Assembly (NCBI GenBank): GCA_964352425.1
Contig: CAYGRZ010000002.1
Location: 18,240-82,239 of the forward strand
Direction: 5' to 3'
Length of the DNA stretch: 64,000 nt
Source of the DNA: an uncultured Planctomycetia bacterium
GTDB lineage: Bacteria; Omnitrophota; Gorgyraeia; 2-01-FULL-45-10
Shown here: piece after piece, positions 56,529 through 64,000 of the stretch
How positions within the stretch are numbered: the stretch's first letter is position 1
Layout: every line of letters starts with the position of its first letter
Notes under the pieces: model-generated
Seen by the model: the letters and a program-made list of their open reading frames with translations, nothing else
What the model was told of the DNA's origin: nothing
Database searches by the model: none
Program-made: the position numbers and the translations under genes

Positions 56529-56957
56529 ATGAGAGCACGTAACTGCAGCGTGATGGTGGTAGTGCTGGCCCTGGCGGCCATGGGCATGGGCGGGTGCGCG
56601 ACCCCCGGTGACTGGGCCAAAGAGATAATCGGTGTTTCGACCAGGCCGATCGAGGACGCAAGGCCGGGCGCCCTCGTCAAGGTGTTCGAGAGCGGCTACA
56701 AGGCCTGCTACGAAAAGACGGAAGCCGTGCTGAAAAAGATGTCGCATGTCTCGATCTATGCGAAGACCGACGTGATGATCGCCGTCTACTGGACGCGCAT
56801 CAACACCACGCCCGTCGGGGTCTTCTTCACGCAGGTGGACGCGTCCCACACGAAGGTCGAGGTGGCGTCCCCGAGCACGACCGGCAAGGAGTGGGTGGCA
56901 CAGAACGTTTTTGCGGGAGAAGCGCTGGCCGAGGCGCCGCTCCAGAAATTCGATTAA
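56529..56957 (+). CDS. Hypothetical lipoprotein
   Basis: Signal peptide with a lipobox-like AAMGMGGC. 142 aa. Confidence 0.45.
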   Translation: MRARNCSVMVVVLALAAMGMGGCATPGDWAKEIIGVSTRPIEDARPGALVKVFESGYKACYEKTEAVLKKMSHVSIYAKTDVMIAVYWTRINTTPVGVFFTQVDASHTKVEVASPSTTGKEWVAQNVFAGEALAEAPLQKFD

Positions 56958-56963
56958 CCGGCT

Positions 56964-57767
56964 ATGAAGCTGACGATATCGGTAGCGCAAGTCAGGGTGG
57001 CGCAGTCGAGGCCCGAAGAGAACCTCCGGAAGGGAGAGTCGCTCATCGCCGAGGCCGCGCGCAGGAAGAGCGGCCTCATCTGCTTCCCCGAGATGTGGAC
57101 GACCGGTTTCAATTGGGCGGAGAACGAGCGCCGCTCGCGCGACCACGAGAAGACGATCGACCGCATCGGCGGGCTGGCGAAGCGTTACGGGATCTGGGTG
57201 AGCGGATCGACGCTTGCCTTAAACGAGCAGGGCACGGTATCGAATACGCATATCCTGTTCGGCGCCGACGGCAACAGGAAGGGCACCTACCGCAAGGCGC
57301 ACCTCTTCAGCATGCTCCATGAGGAGCGGCATGTCACCGCCGGCAACACCCTGTCGGTCGTCGATACGCCGTGGGGCCCGACGGGACTGGCGGTCTGTTA
57401 CGATATCCGCTTTCCCGAGCTCTTCCGCTCCTATGCCCTGATGGGCGCCAGGATCATACTCTCACCGATGGCCATGCCCCACCCGAGGCTGGAGCACTGG
57501 AAGGTGCTCGTGCGCGCCCGCGCGATCGAGGACCAGCTCTATATGGTCGGGGCGAACCAGGTGGGCAGCGAAGACTTCGGCCCCGGCAACACCCTGACCT
57601 ATTTCGGCCACTCATGCATCATCGATCCCTGGGGCGAGACGGCCGCCGAGGCGGGCGAGACGGAAGAGCAGCTCATTACCGCGACCGTCGACCTCGCGCG
57701 CGTCGACGATATCCGCGCGAAGATGCCGGTCCTGAAGGACCGCCGGCCGGAACTGTACGGCTTATGA
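56964..57767 (+). CDS. Carbon-nitrogen hydrolase (nitrilase superfamily, omega-amidase-like)
   Basis: Catalytic E-K-C triad context (CFPEMW, RKAHLF, LAVCYDIRFPE). Confidence 0.8.
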   Translation: MKLTISVAQVRVAQSRPEENLRKGESLIAEAARRKSGLICFPEMWTTGFNWAENERRSRDHEKTIDRIGGLAKRYGIWVSGSTLALNEQGTVSNTHILFGADGNRKGTYRKAHLFSMLHEERHVTAGNTLSVVDTPWGPTGLAVCYDIRFPELFRSYALMGARIILSPMAMPHPRLEHWKVLVRARAIEDQLYMVGANQVGSEDFGPGNTLTYFGHSCIIDPWGETAAEAGETEEQLITATVDLARVDDIRAKMPVLKDRRPELYGL

Positions 57768-58504
57768 AAATAACTTTCCTCGGGACGAACGGATGGTATG
57801 ACACGGAGACGGGGAATACCCCCTGTGTCCTCGCCGAGACCGGCGAGCAGTATATCGTCTTCGACGCCGGCTTCGGGTTCCGCAAGGTAAAAGATATCGT
57901 CATCACCGAAAAACCGGTCCTTCTCTTCATCAGCCACCTCCATCTCGATCATCTGATCGGCCTCCACACGCTGCCGCTCTTCAAGTTCAGGCAGGGCATC
58001 GACATCTACGCGCCGAAAGGCATCATCGGCGGCCTTCGCGGTTTCCTGAAGAGGCCGTTCACGTCGCCGCCGCTCATGCTCCGGACCAAACTGCGCTTCC
58101 ATACCTTAGGCGGCAAGGAGGGCTTGCCGTTCGCGTTCGAGATGAGGAAGCTGCGCCATTCCGTGCCGTGTTACGGCTACCGCCTCGAACTTGAGGAGGG
58201 GACGCTTGCCTACTGCACCGATACCGGCGTGTGCGCCAACTTAAAGCGCTGTGCCGCCGGCGCGGACCTCCTCATCACCGAATGCGCGATGAGGCCGGGA
58301 GATACATCGCCGAACTTTTTCCACCTTACGCCCGAGAGCGCCGCGAGGGCCGCGCGCGAGGCGCCCGCGAGGATGCTTGCACTCTTCCATTTTGATCCGG
58401 GCAAGTATCCGACGTTTGACCGCCGCAGGGAAGCGGAGGCCGCCGCGAGGAAAATCTTCCCGGACACGGTCGCCGCGAACGACGGGACCGTCATCGAGAT
58501 CTAA
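57764..58504 (+). CDS. MBL-fold metallo-hydrolase (RNase Z/BN-like)
   Basis: HLHLDH motif. 246 aa. Start overlaps the previous stop. Confidence 0.7.
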   Translation: MKITFLGTNGWYDTETGNTPCVLAETGEQYIVFDAGFGFRKVKDIVITEKPVLLFISHLHLDHLIGLHTLPLFKFRQGIDIYAPKGIIGGLRGFLKRPFTSPPLMLRTKLRFHTLGGKEGLPFAFEMRKLRHSVPCYGYRLELEEGTLAYCTDTGVCANLKRCAAGADLLITECAMRPGDTSPNFFHLTPESAARAAREAPARMLALFHFDPGKYPTFDRRREAEAAARKIFPDTVAANDGTVIEI

Positions 58505-58505
58505 T

Positions 58506-60290
58506 ATGAAGAAAGCGCTGATAATAGCGGCTATCCTTATCGTCCTGGCCCTGGCGGCGCTGGCGGTATTCATCCTCACATTCGATATCAACAGGTACAA
58601 AGACGCGCTCGCCTCGCAGCTTGAGTCGGTGACGGGTAATCCCGTCGAGATAGGCGCTCTCGCGCTCTCCTGGAAAGGCCAGATCGTCATGGAGGTCGAT
58701 ACCTTCAGGATATGCGACCGCCAGACCCGCGAGACGCTGCTGTCGTTCGAGGCAGCGAACGCCACAGTCCAGCTCATACCTCTTCTCCAGAAACGTTTTG
58801 AGATCTCATCGATATCCCTGACCCGTCCGATGCTCCACATCATCCGGACGAAGGACGGCCGGATAGAGGTGCTCGGCTATACCCCGAAGCCGGAGGCCGC
58901 CGCCGAACAAGGTCCTGCAGCCCGAGCCGCGAAGCAGGCGGTTGTTGCCGGGCCGGCGCTTGCGCTCGATATCGCCGCGTTCGATATACGGCAGGGCACG
59001 CTCAGGTTCCAGGACATGATGATCGATCCTCCGTCGGATGTGACGGTGCAAAGCGCCGACATTTCCGTGAAGAACATCTCTCTTACCCGCCCGGTCAGCT
59101 TCAATGCTGTGATGGCTCTCGCCGGGAAAGCGCAGAACATCTCCGCATCAGGCACTGCCGGCGGGTTCGCGATACGGCAGCCGTACTTAAAGGATTTTAA
59201 CGGCCGCTTCGATCTCGGGACTATCGGATACGACGAACTCATGAAAGCCCTTCCGCAGCTTCGCGCGGCGGGAGTGCGCGAAGGGGTGAGGGGTGTCCTT
59301 ACCCTGAAAGTGCGGGACCTCGCGTTCGCAGATAATAAGATCTCAAAGTTATCCGCCGACGTGACATTCGTCGATGGCCGCCTCGCACTCACGCAACTGC
59401 GCACGCCGCTCGAGAACATGGACCTGACCGCATCGATAGAGGGCGATACGATGACGGTGAAGTCCTTCTCCGGCACTCTTGCGAACGCGGGCATGAAGGG
59501 TTCCGGCAGGATAGACGGGATATCTGCCGCGCCGAGAACGACCCTCCAGACCACGATGGAGATCCGCGGGCTTAAGAAGTTCCTGGCGACGATGGCAGCC
59601 TCCGACCAGACGATCGACGGAAACTTAAAGATCACGTTTGACGGAACGGCGGCGGGATCGGCGTGGGAAGATATCTCGAGGACGCTTGCCGGTACGGGAA
59701 CGCTCACGCTCGATAGGGGCATGATCATCAACAGCAATATGATGCGGCAGGCGCTGGGCTCGCTCACGCTCTTCCCGGGACTTGCCGACGCGGTGCAGTC
59801 TGCCGCGCCCGAACTGCGGCAGCCGATGAACCAGAATTACACGCTCCTGAGATCGTTCAGCCAGTCCTATAGAGTGGAAGGCAGTTACATCATACTGCCG
59901 GAATTATATATCGCGACCGACTTTTTTGACCTGCGCGGCACGGCGAAGGTATCGTTCACCGGCGACCTTTCGGGCAGTGGCCTTATCCGTTTCGCGCCGC
60001 AGATCTCCGGCCGGATGATCGCCATTCTTCCGCAGATGCAGTATCTTGCCGACGGCCAGGGCCTCGTCGGGTTCCCGATAGCCTTCAAGGGGGGTGGTGG
60101 CGGCTTCAAGGTGATACCGGATATGAATTATATCGCGCAGAAGGTCGCTGTCCAGACGGCGCAGGACGCGCTGGCGGATCTCCTGACCAAGTCGGGCGGG
60201 AAGAAAGAAGGAGCCGGGGCCGCTCCTGCCGGGCAGACGAAAGCGCCCAAGATCAAGGATCTGCTGAAGGCGTTGATGAAAGAAGAGTAG
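58506..60290 (+). CDS. AsmA family outer-membrane assembly protein
   Basis: N-terminal TM anchor then a long beta-rich periplasmic domain. C-terminal AsmA-like region. Confidence 0.65.
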   Translation: MKKALIIAAILIVLALAALAVFILTFDINRYKDALASQLESVTGNPVEIGALALSWKGQIVMEVDTFRICDRQTRETLLSFEAANATVQLIPLLQKRFEISSISLTRPMLHIIRTKDGRIEVLGYTPKPEAAAEQGPAARAAKQAVVAGPALALDIAAFDIRQGTLRFQDMMIDPPSDVTVQSADISVKNISLTRPVSFNAVMALAGKAQNISASGTAGGFAIRQPYLKDFNGRFDLGTIGYDELMKALPQLRAAGVREGVRGVLTLKVRDLAFADNKISKLSADVTFVDGRLALTQLRTPLENMDLTASIEGDTMTVKSFSGTLANAGMKGSGRIDGISAAPRTTLQTTMEIRGLKKFLATMAASDQTIDGNLKITFDGTAAGSAWEDISRTLAGTGTLTLDRGMIINSNMMRQALGSLTLFPGLADAVQSAAPELRQPMNQNYTLLRSFSQSYRVEGSYIILPELYIATDFFDLRGTAKVSFTGDLSGSGLIRFAPQISGRMIAILPQMQYLADGQGLVGFPIAFKGGGGGFKVIPDMNYIAQKVAVQTAQDALADLLTKSGGKKEGAGAAPAGQTKAPKIKDLLKALMKEE

Positions 60291-60299
60291 CCGCAGCGG

Positions 60300-62069
60300 C
60301 TACCGGAGCTGGCGGCGCATCCGCCAGATCTTCCTGATCGACTCGAAGAATATGATGACGACGAGCGCGGTCATGATTATGGAGAGTGTGGCGTTCAGGT
60401 TGCCCTGGAAGGTGTGTTTCGGCAGGTAATTTCCCGTCACGTTCTCGACGCCGGCCGCGACGGTCGTCACGAACATGAAGACCGCCGGGACGAACGTGAT
60501 GAGCCCGTAGGCCCGCCGCCGCGAATGTTTCAGGATATACACCGTCCCCACCGATAATGCCAGTGTCGCCAGGAGCTGGTTCGCCACCCCGAACATCGGC
60601 CAGATCGTCGTGATGTCGCCGTTAAAGACCAGGTATCCCCACAGGAAGCTTATCGCCCCGCCGCTTAAGATTATCGCCGGTAGTTTCGTGCTCTTCCACC
60701 TCGGCAGGCCGAGCTTGATCAGCTCGTCGACGATATACCGCGCCACGCGCGTGCCCGTGTCGACGGTGGTGAGGATAAAAAGCGCCTCGAACATGATGGC
60801 GAAATGGTACCAGTAGCCCATGAGGCCCTTCATGCCGGGGATGGATGAGAGTATGAGCGACATGCCCGCCGCAAGCGAGACCGCCCCTCCCGTCCTGCCC
60901 GCGAGCGTCTCGCCCGCCATCCGCTCGAGATCCGCAAGCTGCGTCACATTGAACCCGAGCTTATGGAACACCTCGACGGGAACGTTGATCGCGAAATAAT
61001 CGCCCGGCAGGAGCACCGTCGCGGCAATGAGCGCCATGACCGACACGACCGCCTCGACGAGCATCGCGCCGAACCCGAGCATCCGGATATCCGATTCCTT
61101 GTTGATCATCTTCGGCGTCGTGCCGGAAGCGACGAGTGAGTGAAAGCCGCTTATGGCGCCGCAGGCTATCGTGATGCAGACGAACGGCCAGACCTTGCCC
61201 GGTATGATCGGCCCGCCGCCGTGGATATAGGGCGTCACAGCGGGCATCTTCAGCTGCGGGTTCACGATAAAGATGCTTACCGCAAGGAGCGCGATCGTCC
61301 CGATCTTCATGTATGAGCTTAAGTAATCGCGCGGGCACAGGAGGAGCCACACCGGCAGTACCGACGCGATGAAGCCGTAGACGGGGAGGATGACCGACAG
61401 TGTGGGACGCGAGAAGAGGAAAAAGTGGCCGAGGGAAGATCTCGCCAGCGGTTCGCCCAGGACGACGCCGATGAGAACTATCGCGACGCCGATGATCGAC
61501 GCCTCGACGACCCTGCCCGGCCGAAGGCGGTACATGTATAACGCCATCATTAGTGCCGCCGGTATCGTCATCGCGATGGTGAATGTCGCCCACGCGCTCT
61601 CGCAGAGCGCGTTCACTACGACGAGCGCCAGTCCCGCCAGCGCCGTGACGATGATGAAGAGGATCGCGAACCCCGTTATGACGCCGGCCGTCTTCGACAC
61701 GTTTTTTCTGGCGAGCCTGGTGAGCGACAGGCCCTTCGTCCGCACGGAGGCGAAGAGGATCACCATGTCATGGACCGCGCCCCCGATGACGGCGCCGATC
61801 AGTATCCAGAGGAACCCCGGCAGGAAACCGAACTGCGCGGCCAGCACCGGGCCGACGAGCGGGCCGGCGCCCGATATCGCCGCGAAATGGTGGCCGAAGA
61901 GGACATAGCGGTTCGTGGGGTGGTAGTCCCTGCCGTCCTTGAATGTATGGGCGGGCGTCCGGATCCGGTCATTGGCGACCAGCACCTTCGTGATGATGAA
62001 TTTCGCGTAAAATCGGTACGCCAGCGCGAATACGAGCATGGCGACCACGAGCAATGTCAGGGCGTGCAT
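60300..62069 (-). CDS. cstA: Carbon starvation protein A (peptide/pyruvate transporter family)
   Basis: N-terminus [25 protein letters not shown]...[23 protein letters not shown] is highly characteristic of CstA. 589 aa, polytopic. Confidence 0.9.
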   Translation of the reverse strand: MHALTLLVVAMLVFALAYRFYAKFIITKVLVANDRIRTPAHTFKDGRDYHPTNRYVLFGHHFAAISGAGPLVGPVLAAQFGFLPGFLWILIGAVIGGAVHDMVILFASVRTKGLSLTRLARKNVSKTAGVITGFAILFIIVTALAGLALVVVNALCESAWATFTIAMTIPAALMMALYMYRLRPGRVVEASIIGVAIVLIGVVLGEPLARSSLGHFFLFSRPTLSVILPVYGFIASVLPVWLLLCPRDYLSSYMKIGTIALLAVSIFIVNPQLKMPAVTPYIHGGGPIIPGKVWPFVCITIACGAISGFHSLVASGTTPKMINKESDIRMLGFGAMLVEAVVSVMALIAATVLLPGDYFAINVPVEVFHKLGFNVTQLADLERMAGETLAGRTGGAVSLAAGMSLILSSIPGMKGLMGYWYHFAIMFEALFILTTVDTGTRVARYIVDELIKLGLPRWKSTKLPAIILSGGAISFLWGYLVFNGDITTIWPMFGVANQLLATLALSVGTVYILKHSRRRAYGLITFVPAVFMFVTTVAAGVENVTGNYLPKHTFQGNLNATLSIIMTALVVIIFFESIRKIWRMRRQLR

Positions 62070-62346
62070 AGATGAATAAGGTAATGTAAAACGGGGCCGG
62101 TGTCAAGAATTCTTGCGGTTACTTGCCGCCGGCTAAAGGATCGCGAAAATCTTCCGGGTCCTGCCGCTCGGTCGCCTTTCGGCGCTTGCGCGGGGTTCAC
62201 AATTAACACGCTGACAGGCGGGTGTCTGTACTGCCCCATCCCGCGCTTCGCGCCTCAAGGCTGGACCGAGCGTCACCCGTAAGATTTTCGCTTGCATATG
62301 GTGATAGCCGCAATGCCCAAAAGTTCCGCCGCCCATTCCCCTTAAG

Positions 62347-62635
62347 AAAGATTTTCGGCTTTCGTAGAGTAACGGAACTTTCGGATGCGTGCCGCATCAA
62401 ACCAAGCCCGGAGGCCTGGGTGTTGAGCGGGGCCTAAAAATTGCGAGCGGGCATGGATTTTTAGCCCTTGATACCTATTACATGCTAAAAAGAGCGAGCA
62501 ATTTTTCGGAGTGTGGTTTTCCTCGCAGGGGAAAACCACACGTCCACGCGAGGCACCCAGGCCGCAAGGGCTTGCTCTACTATGTGCAAGGCACCTCCCG
62601 AAAGTAAACGCTCTCAAGAAGCCGAAAATCTTTCC
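62347..62635. repeat. ~290-bp element bounded by perfect 15-bp terminal inverted repeats (AAAGATTTTCGGCTT / AAGCCGAAAATCTTT) with nested internal inverted repeats; candidate structured RNA or MITE-like element
   Basis: Outer IR 62347-62361 / 62621-62635. Nested IR CAAGCCC..GGCCTGGGTG (62402-62422) / CACCCAGGCC..GGGCTTG (62548-62568). Internal 12-bp hairpin GTGTGGTTTTCC-tcgcag-GGGAAAACCACAC at 62511-62541. Confidence 0.5.
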
Positions 62636-62650
62636 CTCCCATGTTTTTGC

Positions 62651-62679
62651 TTGGCGTTTTCGCCTCTGGGGGTTATAAT
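62651..62679 (+). promoter_or_regulatory. Conserved promoter cassette variant (TTGGCG-17-TATAAT) for the Cache sensor gene
   Basis: TTTTTGCTTGGCGttttcgcctctgggggtTATAAT, followed by a GAGGG RBS and the ATG at 62699. Confidence 0.5.
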
Positions 62680-62698
62680 TATTGCACAAAGAGGGCTC

Positions 62699-64000
62699 AT
62701 GAAACGATCAAAAACCGTTCGAACGGTACGCGTGATACTCCTGACGCTGTGCGCGGCAAGTTTTATCCTCGTCGCCGGGCAGGCATGTTTCTACATGACT
62801 TCCTTGAACGAGCTCTCGCGTTCGGCCGACACCATCATGTCGATAGAAGCGACACGGGCCGTCGAGCAGCTCACCGTGCAGCTTCGCAAGGCCGGCCCCG
62901 CGGGCCTCACGCCCGACGCCCTTGCCGATATCTGCGGCTCTTTCAGGTTCGGCGATACCGGCTACGGATATCTCCTGTCCCGCGACGGAAAGTTCCTCTA
63001 CCATCCGATACATGACGCCGTCGAGTCGCAGAGGACGATATTCGAGATCCTCTCGGAGCGCAAAACACCGCAGGCCGAGAAGATCATCGATGTCACCAGG
63101 AAGGCGCTGGCCGGCCACGCCGTCTCGCACGACATCACTAATCCCGAAACAGGCCAGCATTTCAGGCTGCTGTACCGCCCGGTCGCGGATACGGGCTGGG
63201 TGCTCGCCGCGGTCTTTTCGAAAGACGAGATGTCTGCCGACGGCGGGTTCCTGCGCAGGATGAAGATGTGGGCGGCGCTCTGGCTCGTCCTGTTCCTTAC
63301 GCTCTCCATCGCTGTGCTCGTCCGCGTCTATGAGATGGAGCCGTGGAAGCTCTGGCTGATCGCCGCCACGTTCTCCATCATGAGCGCGCTCGGCGCGCTC
63401 TTCATCTGGTACCTGACGCTCTCGGCGCCGCTCATAGAAGAGAAGGACAAGCTCATCTTTAACGACACGGTCTCGCTCAAGGCGTTCGTCAACGACCACT
63501 CGAGGACGATGCTGCGTCTCGGCAAGAGGCCGCCCGCCTACATACCCACCGGCATCTATATACAGTCGCTCGAATTCACCGGCGCCAACGACCTTGATGT
63601 GACGGGCTATGTCTGGCAGCACTACACCGACGGCCTCCATGACGCCGTCACGCGGGGTTTCATAATGCCGGAGGCGCGCGACCTCACCGTAAAGGAAGCC
63701 TACCGGCGCAAGGCAGGCACAACCGAGGTCATAGGCTGGTATTTCGAGGCGGTCATACGCCAGCGGTTCGATTATTCGAGGTATCCGTTCGACAGGCCGA
63801 ACATATGGATATGGCTGCGCCCCTCGGACTTCGCGAATAATGTCGTCCTCGTGCCGGACCTCGCCGCATACAAATTCCTGGCACCCTCCTCGCTGCCGGG
63901 GCTGCAGGAAGAGGTGGCACTCCCCGGCTACACATTTCTCGGAACGTTCTTTGACCGCGAATTCCATCTCAGGCGGACCAATTACGGCATGCAGCTCCGG
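62699..64000 (+). CDS. Cache (dCache-like) domain sensor protein, N-terminal part; partial, runs off the window end
   Basis: Read manually. Signal/TM helix, GYGYLLSRDGKFLYHP Cache motif, second TM (LWLVLFLTLSIAVLV), further periplasmic region. Absent from the ORF track because no stop lies inside the window. The 419-aa minus-strand ORF 62708-63967 is judged a shadow. Confidence 0.6.
   Translation, partial: MKRSKTVRTVRVILLTLCAASFILVAGQACFYMTSLNELSRSADTIMSIEATRAVEQLTVQLRKAGPAGLTPDALADICGSFRFGDTGYGYLLSRDGKFLYHPIHDAVESQRTIFEILSERKTPQAEKIIDVTRKALAGHAVSHDITNPETGQHFRLLYRPVADTGWVLAAVFSKDEMSADGGFLRRMKMWAALWLVLFLTLSIAVLVRVYEMEPWKLWLIAATFSIMSALGALFIWYLTLSAPLIEEKDKLIFNDTVSLKAFVNDHSRTMLRLGKRPPAYIPTGIYIQSLEFTGANDLDVTGYVWQHYTDGLHDAVTRGFIMPEARDLTVKEAYRRKAGTTEVIGWYFEAVIRQRFDYSRYPFDRPNIWIWLRPSDFANNVVLVPDLAAYKFLAPSSLPGLQEEVALPGYTFLGTFFDREFHLRRTNYGMQLR

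Noticed and set aside
62708-63967. 419-aa minus-strand ORF at the window end
   Set aside because: The plus-strand frame from the ATG at 62699 encodes a convincing TM + Cache-domain sensor with promoter and RBS. The minus-strand product is Arg/Glu/Asp-rich low-complexity sequence typical of a shadow ORF.
1-64000. CRISPR arrays, transposases, integrases, phage or plasmid genes
   Set aside because: Looked for short regularly spaced direct repeats and for recognisable transposase, integrase or phage protein signatures in all ORFs. None found. The only repeats are palindromic REP-like units and the promoter cassette.

Overview
High-GC (~60%) bacterial chromosomal segment, apparently from a Gram-negative (diderm) organism, since LptF/G, TolC-family, LamB-like porin, AsmA and Tat genes are present. 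About 65 genes are called, and all but three (an AMP-dependent CoA ligase, an alpha/beta hydrolase and cstA) lie on the + strand. I recognise no transposase, integrase, CRISPR array or phage gene, so the window looks chromosomal rather than accessory. Features called, in order along the window: an AT-rich non-coding leader (1-660); a STAS anti-sigma antagonist, metallophosphoesterase and LptF/G permease; trxB and tRNA-Phe(GAA); a NUDIX hydrolase with a REP-like palindrome embedded in-frame; RlmI-like and FkbM methyltransferases; tatA-tatC followed by a Tat-signal DUF362 protein, a NapH-like polyferredoxin and a separately transcribed 12-Cys secreted mini-protein; a GalT-like HIT uridylyltransferase translationally coupled to a TolC/HlyD/ABC-2 efflux operon; an alpha-glucan locus (GNAT, SLC45-like MFS, DPE2-type 4-alpha-glucanotransferase with tandem CBM20, LamB-like porin, XylFGH-like ABC importer); a methyltransferase; an orphan histidine-kinase-like protein whose H-box His is replaced by Ser; an alpha/beta hydrolase, an HhH-GPD glycosylase and a persulfide dioxygenase-rhodanese fusion; an ECF sigma/anti-sigma/CpxP-Spy module; two perfect GTTTAAAC-core palindromes; an SOS operon (lexA with a GAAC-N4-GTTC box, plus a Y-family polymerase); a block of hypotheticals including two CxxC-x17-CxxC paralogs and two PilZ proteins; a GH144-like glucanase with a CBM9-like domain; arfB; der with a structured upstream region; an archaemetzincin homolog lacking all three zinc-binding His; a GHL10 lipoprotein; YgjP; glgB; an FKBP PPIase; a nitrilase-family hydrolase, MBL hydrolase and AsmA; cstA; and a partial Cache-domain sensor gene running off the end. 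The most unusual signals are a dispersed, highly conserved ~40-bp promoter cassette (TTGGGA-17-TATAAT with conserved flanks) and a ~290-bp nested inverted-repeat element upstream of the Cache gene.
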